A program made the position numbers and the translations under genes. The notes under the pieces were generated by a model. The model was not told the origin of the DNA. It was given only the letters and a program-made list of their open reading frames with translations, and did not search any database. A stretch of DNA of 64,000 nucleotides from Pyrobaculum ferrireducens (GTDB taxonomy: Archaea; Thermoproteota; Thermoprotei; Thermoproteales; Thermoproteaceae), in assembly GCF_000234805.1 (NCBI RefSeq), contig NC_016645.1:656391-720390 (forward strand). Reading direction: 5' to 3'. How positions within the stretch are numbered: position 1 is the stretch's first letter; every line of letters begins with the position of its first letter. Of this stretch, positions 45,785-55,696 are shown in pieces.

Positions 45785-48013
45785 GTGAGGCTTTTTATCG
45801 TGTCTAACAGGTTGCCTGTGACGGTGGTGAGGAGGGATGGCGGGGTTGAGATTAGGGAGTCGGTGGGCGGCCTCGCGACGGCGATGAAGTCTTTTCTCGA
45901 GGCGACGGACGGCGGGAGGGGGCTAGGCTTTAGGGAGGTGGTGTGGGTTGGGTGGTCTGGGTTGAGGGCTGAGGTGGAGGGGGAGGAGGTTAGGGCTAGG
46001 CTTCGGGAGAGGGGGCTCCTTCCTGTGCCTCTCTCAGAGGAGGATGTTTCGCTTTTCTACGAGGGCTTCTGCAACTCGACGCTGTGGCCGTTGTTCCACA
46101 GCTTTACGGTGTACACCGTTTTCGAGAGGCGCTTCTGGGAGGCGTATGTGAGGGTTCAGCAGAGGTTTGCAGAGGCGGTGGCGTCTATGGCTGAGCCCGG
46201 CGATTTGGTGTGGGTGCACGACTACCACCTGATGCTCCTCCCGGCGATGCTCAGAGAGGCCGTCCCCGACCTGGCGGTGGGGTTCTTTCTACACATACCC
46301 TTCCCCCCTCCGGAGATTCTCCAACTCATGCCGCCGCAGTGGAGGACCTCGATCCTAGAGGGCGTCCTAGCCTCTGATTTAGTGGGCTTCCACATCCACG
46401 AATACGTGAACAACTTTCTGCGGTCTGTCGCCAAGTTTCTGGGGTATAGAGTGGAGGTGGGTGTGGTCCACGTGGGCCGCAGGAGGGTGAGGGTGGGGGC
46501 CTTCCCCATCGGTATAAATTTCGAGATGTTTCACAACTCGGCCCTCAGCCCCGATGTGCAGACGGCAGCGGAGGAGCTGAGGCAGAGGCTGAGGGGGCTG
46601 AAGATAGTCTTCTCCATCGACAGGCTGGACTACACCAAGGGGGTTATCAACAGGGTAAGGGCGTGGGAGCGCTTCCTCCGCGAGCACCCGGAGTGGCGCA
46701 GGAGGGCAACCTTCGTGCTGGTGGTGGTGCCGTCGAGAACTGGCGTTCCGCAGTACGACGCGATGAAGAGGGAGATCGAAAGGGAGGTGGGGAGGATCAA
46801 CGGAGAGCTGGGAGAGGTGGACTGGGTGCCCATTATCTACATCTCCCGGTTCATCCCGACGCCCACCCTACACGCCCTCTACAACGTGGCTGACGTCGCC
46901 CTCATCACCCCGCTGAGAGACGGGATGAACCTCGTGTCGAAGGAGTACGTGGCTTCTAGGAGGGACTGCCGGGGGGTCCTCATTCTCAGCGAGACGGCAG
47001 GGGCGGCTCACGAGCTTGTGGAGGCCCTTATTGTCAATCCCAATGACGAGAGCGCCATGGTGGAGGCCATAGCGAGGGCCCTCTCCATGGAGCCTGAGGA
47101 GCAGTGCAGGAGGCTGAGGGCGATGCAGGAGAGGATTAGGCAAAACGACGTGGTGAAGTGGGCTGTGGACTTCATAAAAGCGACGGTGGAGGCGTACGGC
47201 GAGGCTAGAGAGGCCGCCGCCTCGGCGACCGCGGCTCTCCTCGACGGCGGAGCCGCGGCGCAGGTTGCGGAGGCCTTCAGACGGGCTGGGAAGAGGCTCC
47301 TCATCTTGGACTACGACGGGACGCTGGTGCCGCACTACCCATACGCCTATCAAGCCGTCCCCGACGGGGCCCTCCTCTCCCTCCTCAGAGATCTCGCCTC
47401 TCTGCCGGGGACGGCTGTGGCGGTGGTGAGCGGGAGGCCGAGGGAGTTTCTCGAGGCGTGGCTGGGGGCGCTCCCCCTGTACCTCGTGGCGGAGCACGGA
47501 GCTTTTGTCAAAGAGCCCGGCGGGGGATGGCGCCAGTTCTACCCAGTAGACACTGGGTGGAAAACAGCTGTGAAGAGGGTAATGGAGGAATACGCATTGA
47601 GGACGCCGGGCTCATATGTTGAGGAGAAGGAAACCGCCGTGGTTTGGCACTATAGAAATGTGGAACCGGAAGTGGGCGAGCAGGCGGCGCAGAGGCTTTT
47701 GGAGGCGCTGTCCGGCCTCCTGGAGGGCGCCCCCGCGGTGGTGCTGAGGGGGAGTAAGGTGGTTGAGGTGAGGCCGGCCGGCGTGAGCAAAGGCGCGGTG
47801 GCTAGGTGGCTAATTGAGCAACTGCGCCCCGACTTTGTCCTCGTGGCGGGGGACGACGCCACGGACGAGGACATGTTCAAGGCGGCGCCCGGGGAGGCGT
47901 ATACTGTGAAGGTGGGGAGGGGCGACACGGCGGCGAGGTTCTACGTCCCGACGTACAAGCGGCTTAGGGAGCTTCTCCACAGCTTGAGAAAGGCGGCGGC
48001 TACCTCAGCCTAG
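45785..48013 (+). CDS. tpsp: bifunctional trehalose-6-phosphate synthase/phosphatase (GT20 + HAD TPP domains)
   Basis: N-terminal RLFIVSNRLPV (GT20), C-terminal LILDYDGTLVP (HAD DxDGT). GTG 45785 preferred; the ORF-track start overlaps the antitoxin gene. Confidence 0.9.
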   Translation: MRLFIVSNRLPVTVVRRDGGVEIRESVGGLATAMKSFLEATDGGRGLGFREVVWVGWSGLRAEVEGEEVRARLRERGLLPVPLSEEDVSLFYEGFCNSTLWPLFHSFTVYTVFERRFWEAYVRVQQRFAEAVASMAEPGDLVWVHDYHLMLLPAMLREAVPDLAVGFFLHIPFPPPEILQLMPPQWRTSILEGVLASDLVGFHIHEYVNNFLRSVAKFLGYRVEVGVVHVGRRRVRVGAFPIGINFEMFHNSALSPDVQTAAEELRQRLRGLKIVFSIDRLDYTKGVINRVRAWERFLREHPEWRRRATFVLVVVPSRTGVPQYDAMKREIEREVGRINGELGEVDWVPIIYISRFIPTPTLHALYNVADVALITPLRDGMNLVSKEYVASRRDCRGVLILSETAGAAHELVEALIVNPNDESAMVEAIARALSMEPEEQCRRLRAMQERIRQNDVVKWAVDFIKATVEAYGEAREAAASATAALLDGGAAAQVAEAFRRAGKRLLILDYDGTLVPHYPYAYQAVPDGALLSLLRDLASLPGTAVAVVSGRPREFLEAWLGALPLYLVAEHGAFVKEPGGGWRQFYPVDTGWKTAVKRVMEEYALRTPGSYVEEKETAVVWHYRNVEPEVGEQAAQRLLEALSGLLEGAPAVVLRGSKVVEVRPAGVSKGAVARWLIEQLRPDFVLVAGDDATDEDMFKAAPGEAYTVKVGRGDTAARFYVPTYKRLRELLHSLRKAAATSA

Positions 48014-49190
48014 CTACGAGTGTCTCGGCGAGTGTAGTGGCGAGCAAGTTTTCTGTCTTCCTTCTCCCGTGCCTCCCCATCTCCTCCCTCAGCTCCGGCT
48101 TCTTAGCCAGCGTGGAGACGAGTCGGGCGACGCCCTCTAGGTCCTCGGGGTTTCTCAGCCTTGCGCCGTCGACGCCGTCTGTGATATGGCAGGCGGCTCT
48201 TGAGGTGGGGGACGCGGCGTACGGCGTCCCGGCGTAGAGGTACTCCAGCGCCCGAATACCCATGGGCTCGTGGAGGGATAGATCCACCCCCAGTAGGGAG
48301 CCCCTGGCCACTGAGGCAACAGCCGAGGGGTCCTCCACCAAGACGAGGTTTCTCCTCCTCGCGGCCTCCCTCCGGAGCCACGCTACTGCATCCCCCCGGC
48401 CCACAACAGCCACGGCCGCTTGGGGCATCCTCTCGGCAAGCCTAGCCAGAGCCTTGACGTTTTTCTCCTCTGTAAGCGGACCGGCGTAGGACACCACCAG
48501 CTCAAAACCCTCTAGAAGGGGCGGCCTCCCGGCGGCGAGGGCCTCCGGGTAGTCCGGGTCAATCCACCACTTCCCCTCTATAACTCTGTCCGCGGGGACG
48601 CGGAATTGCCTAATAGCCTCCGCCTCCTCTCTACAGCTCACTACAACAGCCGCCGCCTGTCTGAGGACTTGGGGGAGGTTTAGGGTGGACCATATACTCC
48701 TAGAGACCGCCTCCACGGGGCTGGCGCCGTGGGCACCTGTGGGGTATACGGGGACGTAGACGAGGGCCGGCGGCTTCTCCGCCTCCCCCGACTGGGCCAG
48801 CATCTTTTTTATGGTTACCCACTTAGCCGCCTCCTCCGGGCCGTTCCAGAAGCTTGAGAAAACCACCACGGCGTCTACGCCGCGTCTTCTATCTATTGCG
48901 GCGAGGATTTTGGAGAAGCTTCTCAACGTCACCGCGCCCGGCGGGAGCATAGACTTAGCGCTGAGGACCCGGATGGTGGGGACTCCCGAGACGTCTCTCT
49001 CCACCTCGACGAAGCCCTCCTCGCTCTTCTCCACCACATCGGGGTCCACAGCCGGCTCGCCATCGTGGTAGACGCTCGTCACCAGCCAAGCCTCGTGGCC
49101 TATCCGGCGCAGAGCCTTGACTAGTATCGCCGCCGCTCTGTGGGAATCCTCCCAGTGGGAGCTTTGGGGGGCAACAACAACAAAGTTCAT
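48000..49190 (-). CDS. GT4-family glycosyltransferase
   Basis: GT-B fold. E-x7-E motif HEPMGIRALEYLYAGTP. Confidence 0.75.
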   Translation of the reverse strand: MNFVVVAPQSSHWEDSHRAAAILVKALRRIGHEAWLVTSVYHDGEPAVDPDVVEKSEEGFVEVERDVSGVPTIRVLSAKSMLPPGAVTLRSFSKILAAIDRRRGVDAVVVFSSFWNGPEEAAKWVTIKKMLAQSGEAEKPPALVYVPVYPTGAHGASPVEAVSRSIWSTLNLPQVLRQAAAVVVSCREEAEAIRQFRVPADRVIEGKWWIDPDYPEALAAGRPPLLEGFELVVSYAGPLTEEKNVKALARLAERMPQAAVAVVGRGDAVAWLRREAARRRNLVLVEDPSAVASVARGSLLGVDLSLHEPMGIRALEYLYAGTPYAASPTSRAACHITDGVDGARLRNPEDLEGVARLVSTLAKKPELREEMGRHGRRKTENLLATTLAETLVARLR

Positions 49191-49783
49191 TTCTTTTTCA
49201 AAGCCTCCAGCACCGCGGTGGCGATGAGAGCCGCCACAAGCCCCCAGGTTATGGGGGTGAGCATCGCCGTGAGGGTAGCTACGCTTATCCCGCCCTGCTC
49301 CAGGGCGAAGGTGATGACGACGAGGTAGAGGATTATGCGGATGTACTCAGCGACGGGCCCAATCGCCAGGCGGCTCTCGGAAAAGGAGCCTTTGTAGATA
49401 TACTCCACGAAGCCGTCGACAAGGATGAAGCCAATGATTGAAATGATGAAGAACTTCACAAATCCGAATAGGTAGACCACCAAGACGTGGATAACCCAGT
49501 TGTATACGTCCATGTTACCCGCGCTGTAGGCAAGGTAGGCCACGGCGATTAGTATAGAGGCGATGTAGATGAGCCAAGCTACGACAGATCCGAAGAACTC
49601 CCCCGCGGTGTAGCCCGACCGCAACAGAGCCCTCCCGATGTTTAGGTTGCGGAACCAGTCGTTGAAACCCAGCCTACCCAGCACCCTCGCCAGTAGAAAT
49701 TTCAAAACCCTCCCAACCGCGAAGCCCGCCGCGGTGATCAACACGGCGACTGCTGTGTGAAACAAGGCGGCCCACAAATCCAT
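49187..49783 (-). CDS. small polytopic membrane protein (mechanosensitive-channel-like?)
   Basis: 198 aa with five TM segments, coupled to the GT4 gene. Cluster is analogous to the T. tenax tpsp-gt-msc locus. Confidence 0.4.
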   Translation of the reverse strand: MDLWAALFHTAVAVLITAAGFAVGRVLKFLLARVLGRLGFNDWFRNLNIGRALLRSGYTAGEFFGSVVAWLIYIASILIAVAYLAYSAGNMDVYNWVIHVLVVYLFGFVKFFIISIIGFILVDGFVEYIYKGSFSESRLAIGPVAEYIRIILYLVVITFALEQGGISVATLTAMLTPITWGLVAALIATAVLEALKKK

Positions 49784-49825
49784 GTAGAGATAAGAGCCCC
49801 CTTATATTAGTATCTCCCCGACGCA

Positions 49826-50845
49826 CTATATGAAGGATCTGTACAGCTTGCCGTAGCGCCCCGGCCTCCCCACTATGGGCAACTCCCGGCCGCACCTCGG
49901 ACACTTGCCGCCACTTAGCTCTATCTTGACAGCCCGATCACCCGCCCGTTTTATCACCGGGTAGCCGCAGTTGGGGCAGTAGGTGTGCTGGCCGGGGTGG
50001 CCCGGTATGTTGCCGACGTATACAAAATCCAGCTCCCTCCTGGCGCGGCGCCAGAGGGCGTCCACAAGATCGGGGGGTGTCGGGGGGTTTGTGAGCATGT
50101 GGGCTGGGTGGTAGGCGGTGATGTGAAGAGGCGTCTCCCTCCCAAAGGAGGCGGCTACCTCCAGCACCTCCTCCGCATCCCCGTCGTTAACTCCGGGGAT
50201 CACGAGGTATGTGAACTCCACGTGGACGCCCAGCGACTTGGCGCGGCGGGCGGTTTTGAGAAGCTTGTCTAAATCCGCGGCCAGCCACCTCCAATACGTC
50301 CCGCGGCCCCCCTTCAGATCTACGTTCATCGCCGCCATCCCGGCTGCAGCAAGCCTCTCCACGGCCTCCTCGGTTAGGTAGCCGTTGGTGTTTATAGAGG
50401 CGTGTAGCCCCCTGGCAGTGGCGAGCTTGAAGAGATCCTCGGCGTACTCGGCGAGGAGGGTGGGCTCGTTGAAGCTGATGTTGACCCCCGAGTCGCCGTT
50501 TTCCAAAGCCCACTCCACCACCTTCTCCGGCGGCACGTAGACGCCGCGGGGGATCGCCCTTTTCGATATGTGCCAGTTCTGGCACCACGCGCATGGGAAG
50601 TTGCACCCCCAGGTGCTGATCGTTAGGGCGGAGGTTCCTGGGTAGAAGTGGTAGAGGGGCTTGATTTCCATCGGCCTAGACTCGGCGGCGGTCAAGAGGC
50701 CGTAGGCCACCGTGTATAGCCTCCCCCCGAGGTTGAAACGCATACCGCAGGCCCCCACGGCGCCGTGGCTAAGTCTGCACCTCCTGTGGCATAGGGTGCA
50801 CACAACCGCGCCGCCCTCGCGCCGGGCATAGGTCGACTCCTTGAC
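49826..50845 (-). CDS. AmmeMemoRadiSam-type radical SAM enzyme
   Basis: CNFPCAWC (CxxxCxxC). N-terminal CTLCHRRC region. Start near VKESTYARREGG; the ORF-track N-terminal 110 aa look non-coding. Confidence 0.75.
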   Translation of the reverse strand, partial: VKESTYARREGGAVVCTLCHRRCRLSHGAVGACGMRFNLGGRLYTVAYGLLTAAESRPMEIKPLYHFYPGTSALTISTWGCNFPCAWCQNWHISKRAIPRGVYVPPEKVVEWALENGDSGVNISFNEPTLLAEYAEDLFKLATARGLHASINTNGYLTEEAVERLAAAGMAAMNVDLKGGRGTYWRWLAADLDKLLKTARRAKSLGVHVEFTYLVIPGVNDGDAEEVLEVAASFGRETPLHITAYHPAHMLTNPPTPPDLVDALWRRARRELDFVYVGNIPGHPGQHTYCPNCGYPVIKRAGDRAVKIELSGGKCPRCGRELPIVGRPGRYGKLYRSFI

Positions 50846-51074
50846 GTTGGGCTCCCCTAGCAACCCCTCATCCGGCTTGTAGAGGGGGCGGGGCCACGAG
50901 TAGATAGGCACATCTAGAGAAGTGCGGCTGGTTAAATGCTTAAAACACCACCTCGTGGGTAAGGTGAGGATTTGTGACTGCCGAGGGCGAGTCTGAGCAG
51001 TGAAGACTCGCGGCCTTACATTGTAGTTCAGGATTGGCCAAGTAAAGTTTAAATATTGATGTGTTTCGTGCGCC

Positions 51075-51311
51075 ATGTCTCTCCTTGTCGTATTTAAAGG
51101 AGATGTGCCGCGGGAGTGGAGGGAGCTCGGAATCGAGGGCGTCGAGGTGGCTTCTGCTAAAAACGGCGTGGGGGACATCTCGGGCAAGTTTGTCGTGGTT
51201 GTCGGGGATAGGGAGCTGGCTAAAAGGCTGGGGGTTGCCTACTTCACAGAAGAGGAGGCTACGGAGTTCCTCAACTTTTTAAAGTCCTACGTCTCCTCAT
51301 ATAGAAAATAG
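51075..51311 (+). CDS. small conserved protein, paralog family member 2
   Basis: MSLLVVFKGDVPREWRELGIEGVEV...KFVVVVGDRELAKRLGVAYFTEEEATEFL. Confidence 0.55.
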   Translation: MSLLVVFKGDVPREWRELGIEGVEVASAKNGVGDISGKFVVVVGDRELAKRLGVAYFTEEEATEFLNFLKSYVSSYRK

Positions 51312-53388
51312 CTCCGGCCACCGCCGCCGCGAGTACTGGCGCCAGGGCGTATACCCACGGCGTGTTGGCGCCGCTCTGCTGTTGCGCCGCGCCGGGGGCC
51401 CCCGTCCGTGGGAAGGCGGCGGAGAACCGCGAGCCGTTGGCCACCGTTATGGTGAGGGTGGTGGGGATTGTGTAGTAGTTGCCGTATTGATCTGTGTAGG
51501 AGACGGCGAGGTCTATCTGGTACTGGCCGGGCGCCGTGGCGTTGAAGCTGAGGGGTATTGTGGTGGTCTGCTGGGGGTCCAGCTGGCCGGCGAAGTATAT
51601 GGGCGACGTCACGGGCCTGATACCCCTAGGCACCCTCGCCTCTACCTGAAGGTTGGTGACGGGGGTGAAGCCCTTGTTTACCACTGTTATCGAGATGTAA
51701 AAGGTCCTCCTGGGCTCCGGCGTAGTGGGGACTACGGAGATGTTTGTGATGTTTACCGCCGGCGTCTGCAGAGCCTGTAGGTATATGGTGCCCTGGGCGG
51801 TGCTTGTGGTGCCAAGCTCTGTGGTGTATATTATGTTGTAGGTCAGGGCCACGGAGCCGCTGTAGGTGGCTGGGATTATGAAGGATACAGGAAGCTGTAC
51901 GCTGTCGAGGGGGGCAAGGCGGCCTATCTGGAAGGTGTACGTGGAGGCGAGTATGTTGCCAGAGGCGGGGGAGACCGTGACCACGGCTTTCTGCACCACG
52001 ACGTCACCGCTGTTGATAACCGTCAAGACGACGGTGCGGTTGCCGCCGGACTTGACAATGGAGGGCGTGGGCAAGACGGTGAATATGCTAGAGGAGGTTA
52101 CGGGGAGGTTTACTGTGTACTGGTCAACACCGGCACTGTGGTACACTGTGACTGATATAACGACCGGCTGGTTTGACAGTGGGGTCACCAGGAGGCTCGC
52201 CGCCGCCTTACCCACGCCGCCGAAGTAGTAGGGCTGGGGCTTGTCAACCGCTACGTTTGAGACAGATACAGACGCGTTGAAGGGCCCCGGCGCGGCGACG
52301 GCTAGAGTCACGTTGTTGGTTACGCCGGAGATGAGCCTAGAGGGCCTCACCTCCACACGCGCCGCGCCGCCCGCGGACTGTTGCGTGGCGGCTGTGGCGG
52401 TTATCTGCTCTGTCTTTGACACGCCGAGGGTCTGGTAGGTGATCTGTGCCGTGAAGGTGACCACGCTGGCCATGGGATAGACGTCGATCTGGGCGCTCCC
52501 CCTCCCGCCCCTGATCTGGACTGTGAAGCTGGACTGCGGCGCCGCCGCGCCCGCCGCGGACACTACCGCAACCCCGTCGGCGTTTACCGGAAGCTGGATC
52601 GTGACGTTGACCTTGTTGAACCTATTTATGTATAGGGTGGTGGGGCTGATGTAGAGAACAGGCGGCGGGGCGGGGGCCGCGGCGATGGGTACCGTGTAGC
52701 TCAGCGCCACGGGGTTGCCCAGCCAGTCCCTCGCCTGCATGGCTACCACGAGGCTTGCGGCGGGGCCGTCGGCTATGGCCACGACGGGCACCTCGGCGTA
52801 GGTGCCATTTATCCGGTACAGACCCGTGGGGTAGAGGATCCTCGCACCCTGGCCTTGGACGGCGACGGAGGCTGTGAGGGCGTAGGGGCTTTTAATTACC
52901 AGCGTCAGCTGGCTGGGGATGCCTATGTACGCCACACCTCTCGTGGAGATTTCCGCGGTGGGATACGGGGGTATGTAAACCGAGTCGTACTCCACCTTTT
53001 CCATGCCGTCGGTTAAGGCGGATCCCACGACCTTGTATGCGGCGTCAAACACCGCGTTTATGGGACAAGTGACATTCAGCGCGTTTACCAATACTCTAAG
53101 GTTCACGGTAACAACCCCAGGTCCGGCGGAGGGTAGCCGCGCGGTTTCGAGAGGAGTCAAGTAGGGGCATTTGGGATCGATGTATACAGACACGTCGACG
53201 TATTGACTAGATAGGTAGTAGGAGAGGGAGATCACTCCGACGTCGCCGGGGTATCTGGGGATTTGGCTCCACTTGGCGCCTAGCCACAGATAATCGACGG
53301 CTGGGGTGATGCCAACTATTGCTTGGCTGTAAGCCACAGTGGCGAGAGCTATTGTGGCGATGGCTAATATTGGGTGTTTGCTTTTCAT
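51271..53388 (-). CDS. large surface (glyco)protein with repeated beta-sandwich domains and C-terminal TM anchor
   Basis: Signal peptide MKSKHPILAIATIALATVAYS. 705 aa rich in T/V/N/Y with many N-x-S/T. C-terminal LAPVLAAAVAGAIFYMRRRR. Confidence 0.6.
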   Translation of the reverse strand: MKSKHPILAIATIALATVAYSQAIVGITPAVDYLWLGAKWSQIPRYPGDVGVISLSYYLSSQYVDVSVYIDPKCPYLTPLETARLPSAGPGVVTVNLRVLVNALNVTCPINAVFDAAYKVVGSALTDGMEKVEYDSVYIPPYPTAEISTRGVAYIGIPSQLTLVIKSPYALTASVAVQGQGARILYPTGLYRINGTYAEVPVVAIADGPAASLVVAMQARDWLGNPVALSYTVPIAAAPAPPPVLYISPTTLYINRFNKVNVTIQLPVNADGVAVVSAAGAAAPQSSFTVQIRGGRGSAQIDVYPMASVVTFTAQITYQTLGVSKTEQITATAATQQSAGGAARVEVRPSRLISGVTNNVTLAVAAPGPFNASVSVSNVAVDKPQPYYFGGVGKAAASLLVTPLSNQPVVISVTVYHSAGVDQYTVNLPVTSSSIFTVLPTPSIVKSGGNRTVVLTVINSGDVVVQKAVVTVSPASGNILASTYTFQIGRLAPLDSVQLPVSFIIPATYSGSVALTYNIIYTTELGTTSTAQGTIYLQALQTPAVNITNISVVPTTPEPRRTFYISITVVNKGFTPVTNLQVEARVPRGIRPVTSPIYFAGQLDPQQTTTIPLSFNATAPGQYQIDLAVSYTDQYGNYYTIPTTLTITVANGSRFSAAFPRTGAPGAAQQQSGANTPWVYALAPVLAAAVAGAIFYMRRRRTLKS

Positions 53389-53471
53389 GGCGGCTCAATT
53401 TACAGTATATAAAAAGCTAAACTCACCAGTTGTGAATTTTGTTTTTATACTACGTGGAGATCTCCAGCGTA

Positions 53472-54673
53472 TGATGAGTGAAGTGGCTCGGCTAGCTTGG
53501 AAAGCGCTGTGGGAAAGGAGGGGCCGCACCATCGGCGCCATCGTGGGGGTAGTCATAGCCTTTACGGCGCTGAGCTACGCTCTATTGCTGGGGCAGACCT
53601 TCAAGGACTACACCACGCGCTACTTCACCTCAAACTTCCAGACAAATGTCCTGTACGTCACCGGGGGGCAGTTCACAGACGCCGATGTAGATGCCCTCTC
53701 TAGGATTGATGGTGTGGAGCTGGCGGTGCCCATCGCGGCGGCCCGGGGGGTCGTGAGGATACCTGGCGCCTCTGGGCAGATCCCGGCGACTGTATACGGC
53801 GTCGATCCGGCGCTGGTTAGACGGCTCCTCCCAGAGACTGCGCTTTACGACGGGGAGCTCGTCGTGGCGTCTAATCTAGTGCTGGTGGGGTACTTCGTAG
53901 CCTTTGACAGATCCACCGGCCAGCAGAGGGCGTCCGTGGGGTCCCCCATCTCGCTGACGCTGGGGAGGAGGGCCCAGTCGGCGGTGGTCTCCGGCATACT
54001 AGCGTCCGGGATGCTTGGCTTCATAGACACGTCCCGGGGCGTGGTTATGGACCTCTCCGCGTTCCGACAGACCACCGGCATCACGAGCTACAGCACGGTG
54101 ATGCTCTTCCTAAGAGACCCCTCTCTGGCAGACGCCGTGGCCAACGAGGTCAGAGCCAGCTTCCCCAACGTAGATGTAATTTCGCCGCAGGCGGTGTTGC
54201 AGACTATAAACAGCTTCCTAACCTCCTTCCAGCTCTTCCTCGGCCTAATCGCGGGGGTCAGCACGGTCATAACGGCGCTGTGGCTCTACGACACCATGTC
54301 TATAAGCGTCGTGCAGAGAACCAAGGAAATTGGGATCCTCAGAGCCATCGGCTTCAAGAAGAGGCATGTAATGGGGATGTTTCTAATGGAGGCGTTGATA
54401 ATAGCCGCGATAGGCGTCGCAGTGGGCATGGCCCTCCTAGTCCCGCTCGCCCAGAGCGGCATCCCCTTCATGTCCACCACACAGCAACAGCAGGCGCCGA
54501 GGGGCGGCCCCTCCGCCCACCCACCCTTCTCCTCCATAACGTCGCTGGAGCTAGACCCCCTTCTCATCACGGCAACCGCGGCTTTGGTAATCGCCATAAA
54601 TCTGGTGGGCGCCTTCCTACCGGCGTACCGGGCGGGGAGGATAGACATCGTCTCCGCCCTGAGGTATGAGTAA
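53472..54673 (+). CDS. FtsX/MacB-like ABC transporter permease
   Basis: N-terminal TM, extracytoplasmic domain, C-terminal FtsX-type 3-TM block (GILRAIGFKKRHVMGMFLMEAL). Confidence 0.7.
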
Positions 54674-55215
54674 TGATCTACATACCTGACATAGTAATAG
54701 GGGCCCTGGCTATATACATCGCCTACAAGATATTCAAGGCGTGGAGAAACCTCGCCGATTGGAGGCTTACGCTCTACTCCCTCGGCATGGCTATCTTGGC
54801 GGCGTCTCTCTTCCTCGAGGCGGTGGTGGAGATGTACCTCGCCAACATCTGGGGCGAGGCCCCCATGCGGTACGTCAAGAGGATTGAGGCGTTGCTGAGG
54901 GCTGTGATTCAGCTCCTAAGCCTCGCCGCGCTGGTGCCGATAGCGGTGGCGGTGACTCCGACGCTTTTCTACGCCGCACTGCCGCCCGTCGCGTTGCTGG
55001 GGTCTATCAACACGGTGCTAGCCCTCTACATAGCCGCCGCCACCTTGGTAAAGAACTTCGAAAGGGGGACCCCACCCTTCATCTCCCTGGCGTTCATCTC
55101 CTACGCAGTTTCGCTGGTGGCGCCCTCCTTCTCATTTTTAGACGTGGCCGCGAGACTGCTCACAGCTGTGTTTCTGGCGCTGGGCGTGGCCTATGGCTCG
55201 GAAAAGGAGAAGTAG
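54673..55215 (+). CDS. hypothetical membrane protein
   Basis: 180 aa, five TM segments. ATGA coupling to the permease gene. Confidence 0.45.
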   Translation: MIYIPDIVIGALAIYIAYKIFKAWRNLADWRLTLYSLGMAILAASLFLEAVVEMYLANIWGEAPMRYVKRIEALLRAVIQLLSLAALVPIAVAVTPTLFYAALPPVALLGSINTVLALYIAAATLVKNFERGTPPFISLAFISYAVSLVAPSFSFLDVAARLLTAVFLALGVAYGSEKEK

Positions 55216-55450
55216 GCTTGAGATCGTTGTTGACATCCTCAACGTGCTGTCCAGAGGCTGTAAAAAGCCGACGCACATAGCCGCCGAGGCGAACCTCGCC
55301 TACGACCGCATGGCGAAGATAATTGAGGAGCTCGTGGATCGGGGACTGGTGTCTATACACAACGGCGAATTCTGCATAACTCCCCAGGGGTTAAAAATGC
55401 TGGAGGCTTATCGCCAGTGGCGCCGATTCCTAGACGCTATGGGCCTCTGA
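55193..55450 (+). CDS. small winged-helix DNA-binding protein
   Basis: 85 aa. KPTHIAAEANLAYDRMAKIIEELVDRGLV. Confidence 0.5.
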   Translation: MARKRRSRLEIVVDILNVLSRGCKKPTHIAAEANLAYDRMAKIIEELVDRGLVSIHNGEFCITPQGLKMLEAYRQWRRFLDAMGL

Positions 55451-55648
55451 AAGATAAGCGCTTAGGAGCTCCTCCAGCTCGTCTTTCGTGAGGCAACCAT
55501 AGCCGAGCCTCTCCGCCTCTCTGCAGTTTTCATAAAAGAGAAGCACCGCGTTTCTCTCCTGGGGGGTTTTCTCGGAAATTTCGAAACCGAGCTTGAGCAA
55601 CACGTTTCGATACTCCCCCGGAACGTCTCCGATGAGAATAACGCTCAC
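55430..55648 (-). CDS. small conserved protein, paralog family member 3
   Basis: MSVILIGDVPGEYRNVLLKLGFEI ... AVLLFYENCREAERLGYGCLTKDELEELL aligns with the other two members. Confidence 0.5.
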   Translation of the reverse strand: MSVILIGDVPGEYRNVLLKLGFEISEKTPQERNAVLLFYENCREAERLGYGCLTKDELEELLSAYLSEAHSV

Positions 55649-55696
55649 GTGTAAAATATGTAGAGTGTTTATAAATTTGGTGTTTCTTTTTTGAAA

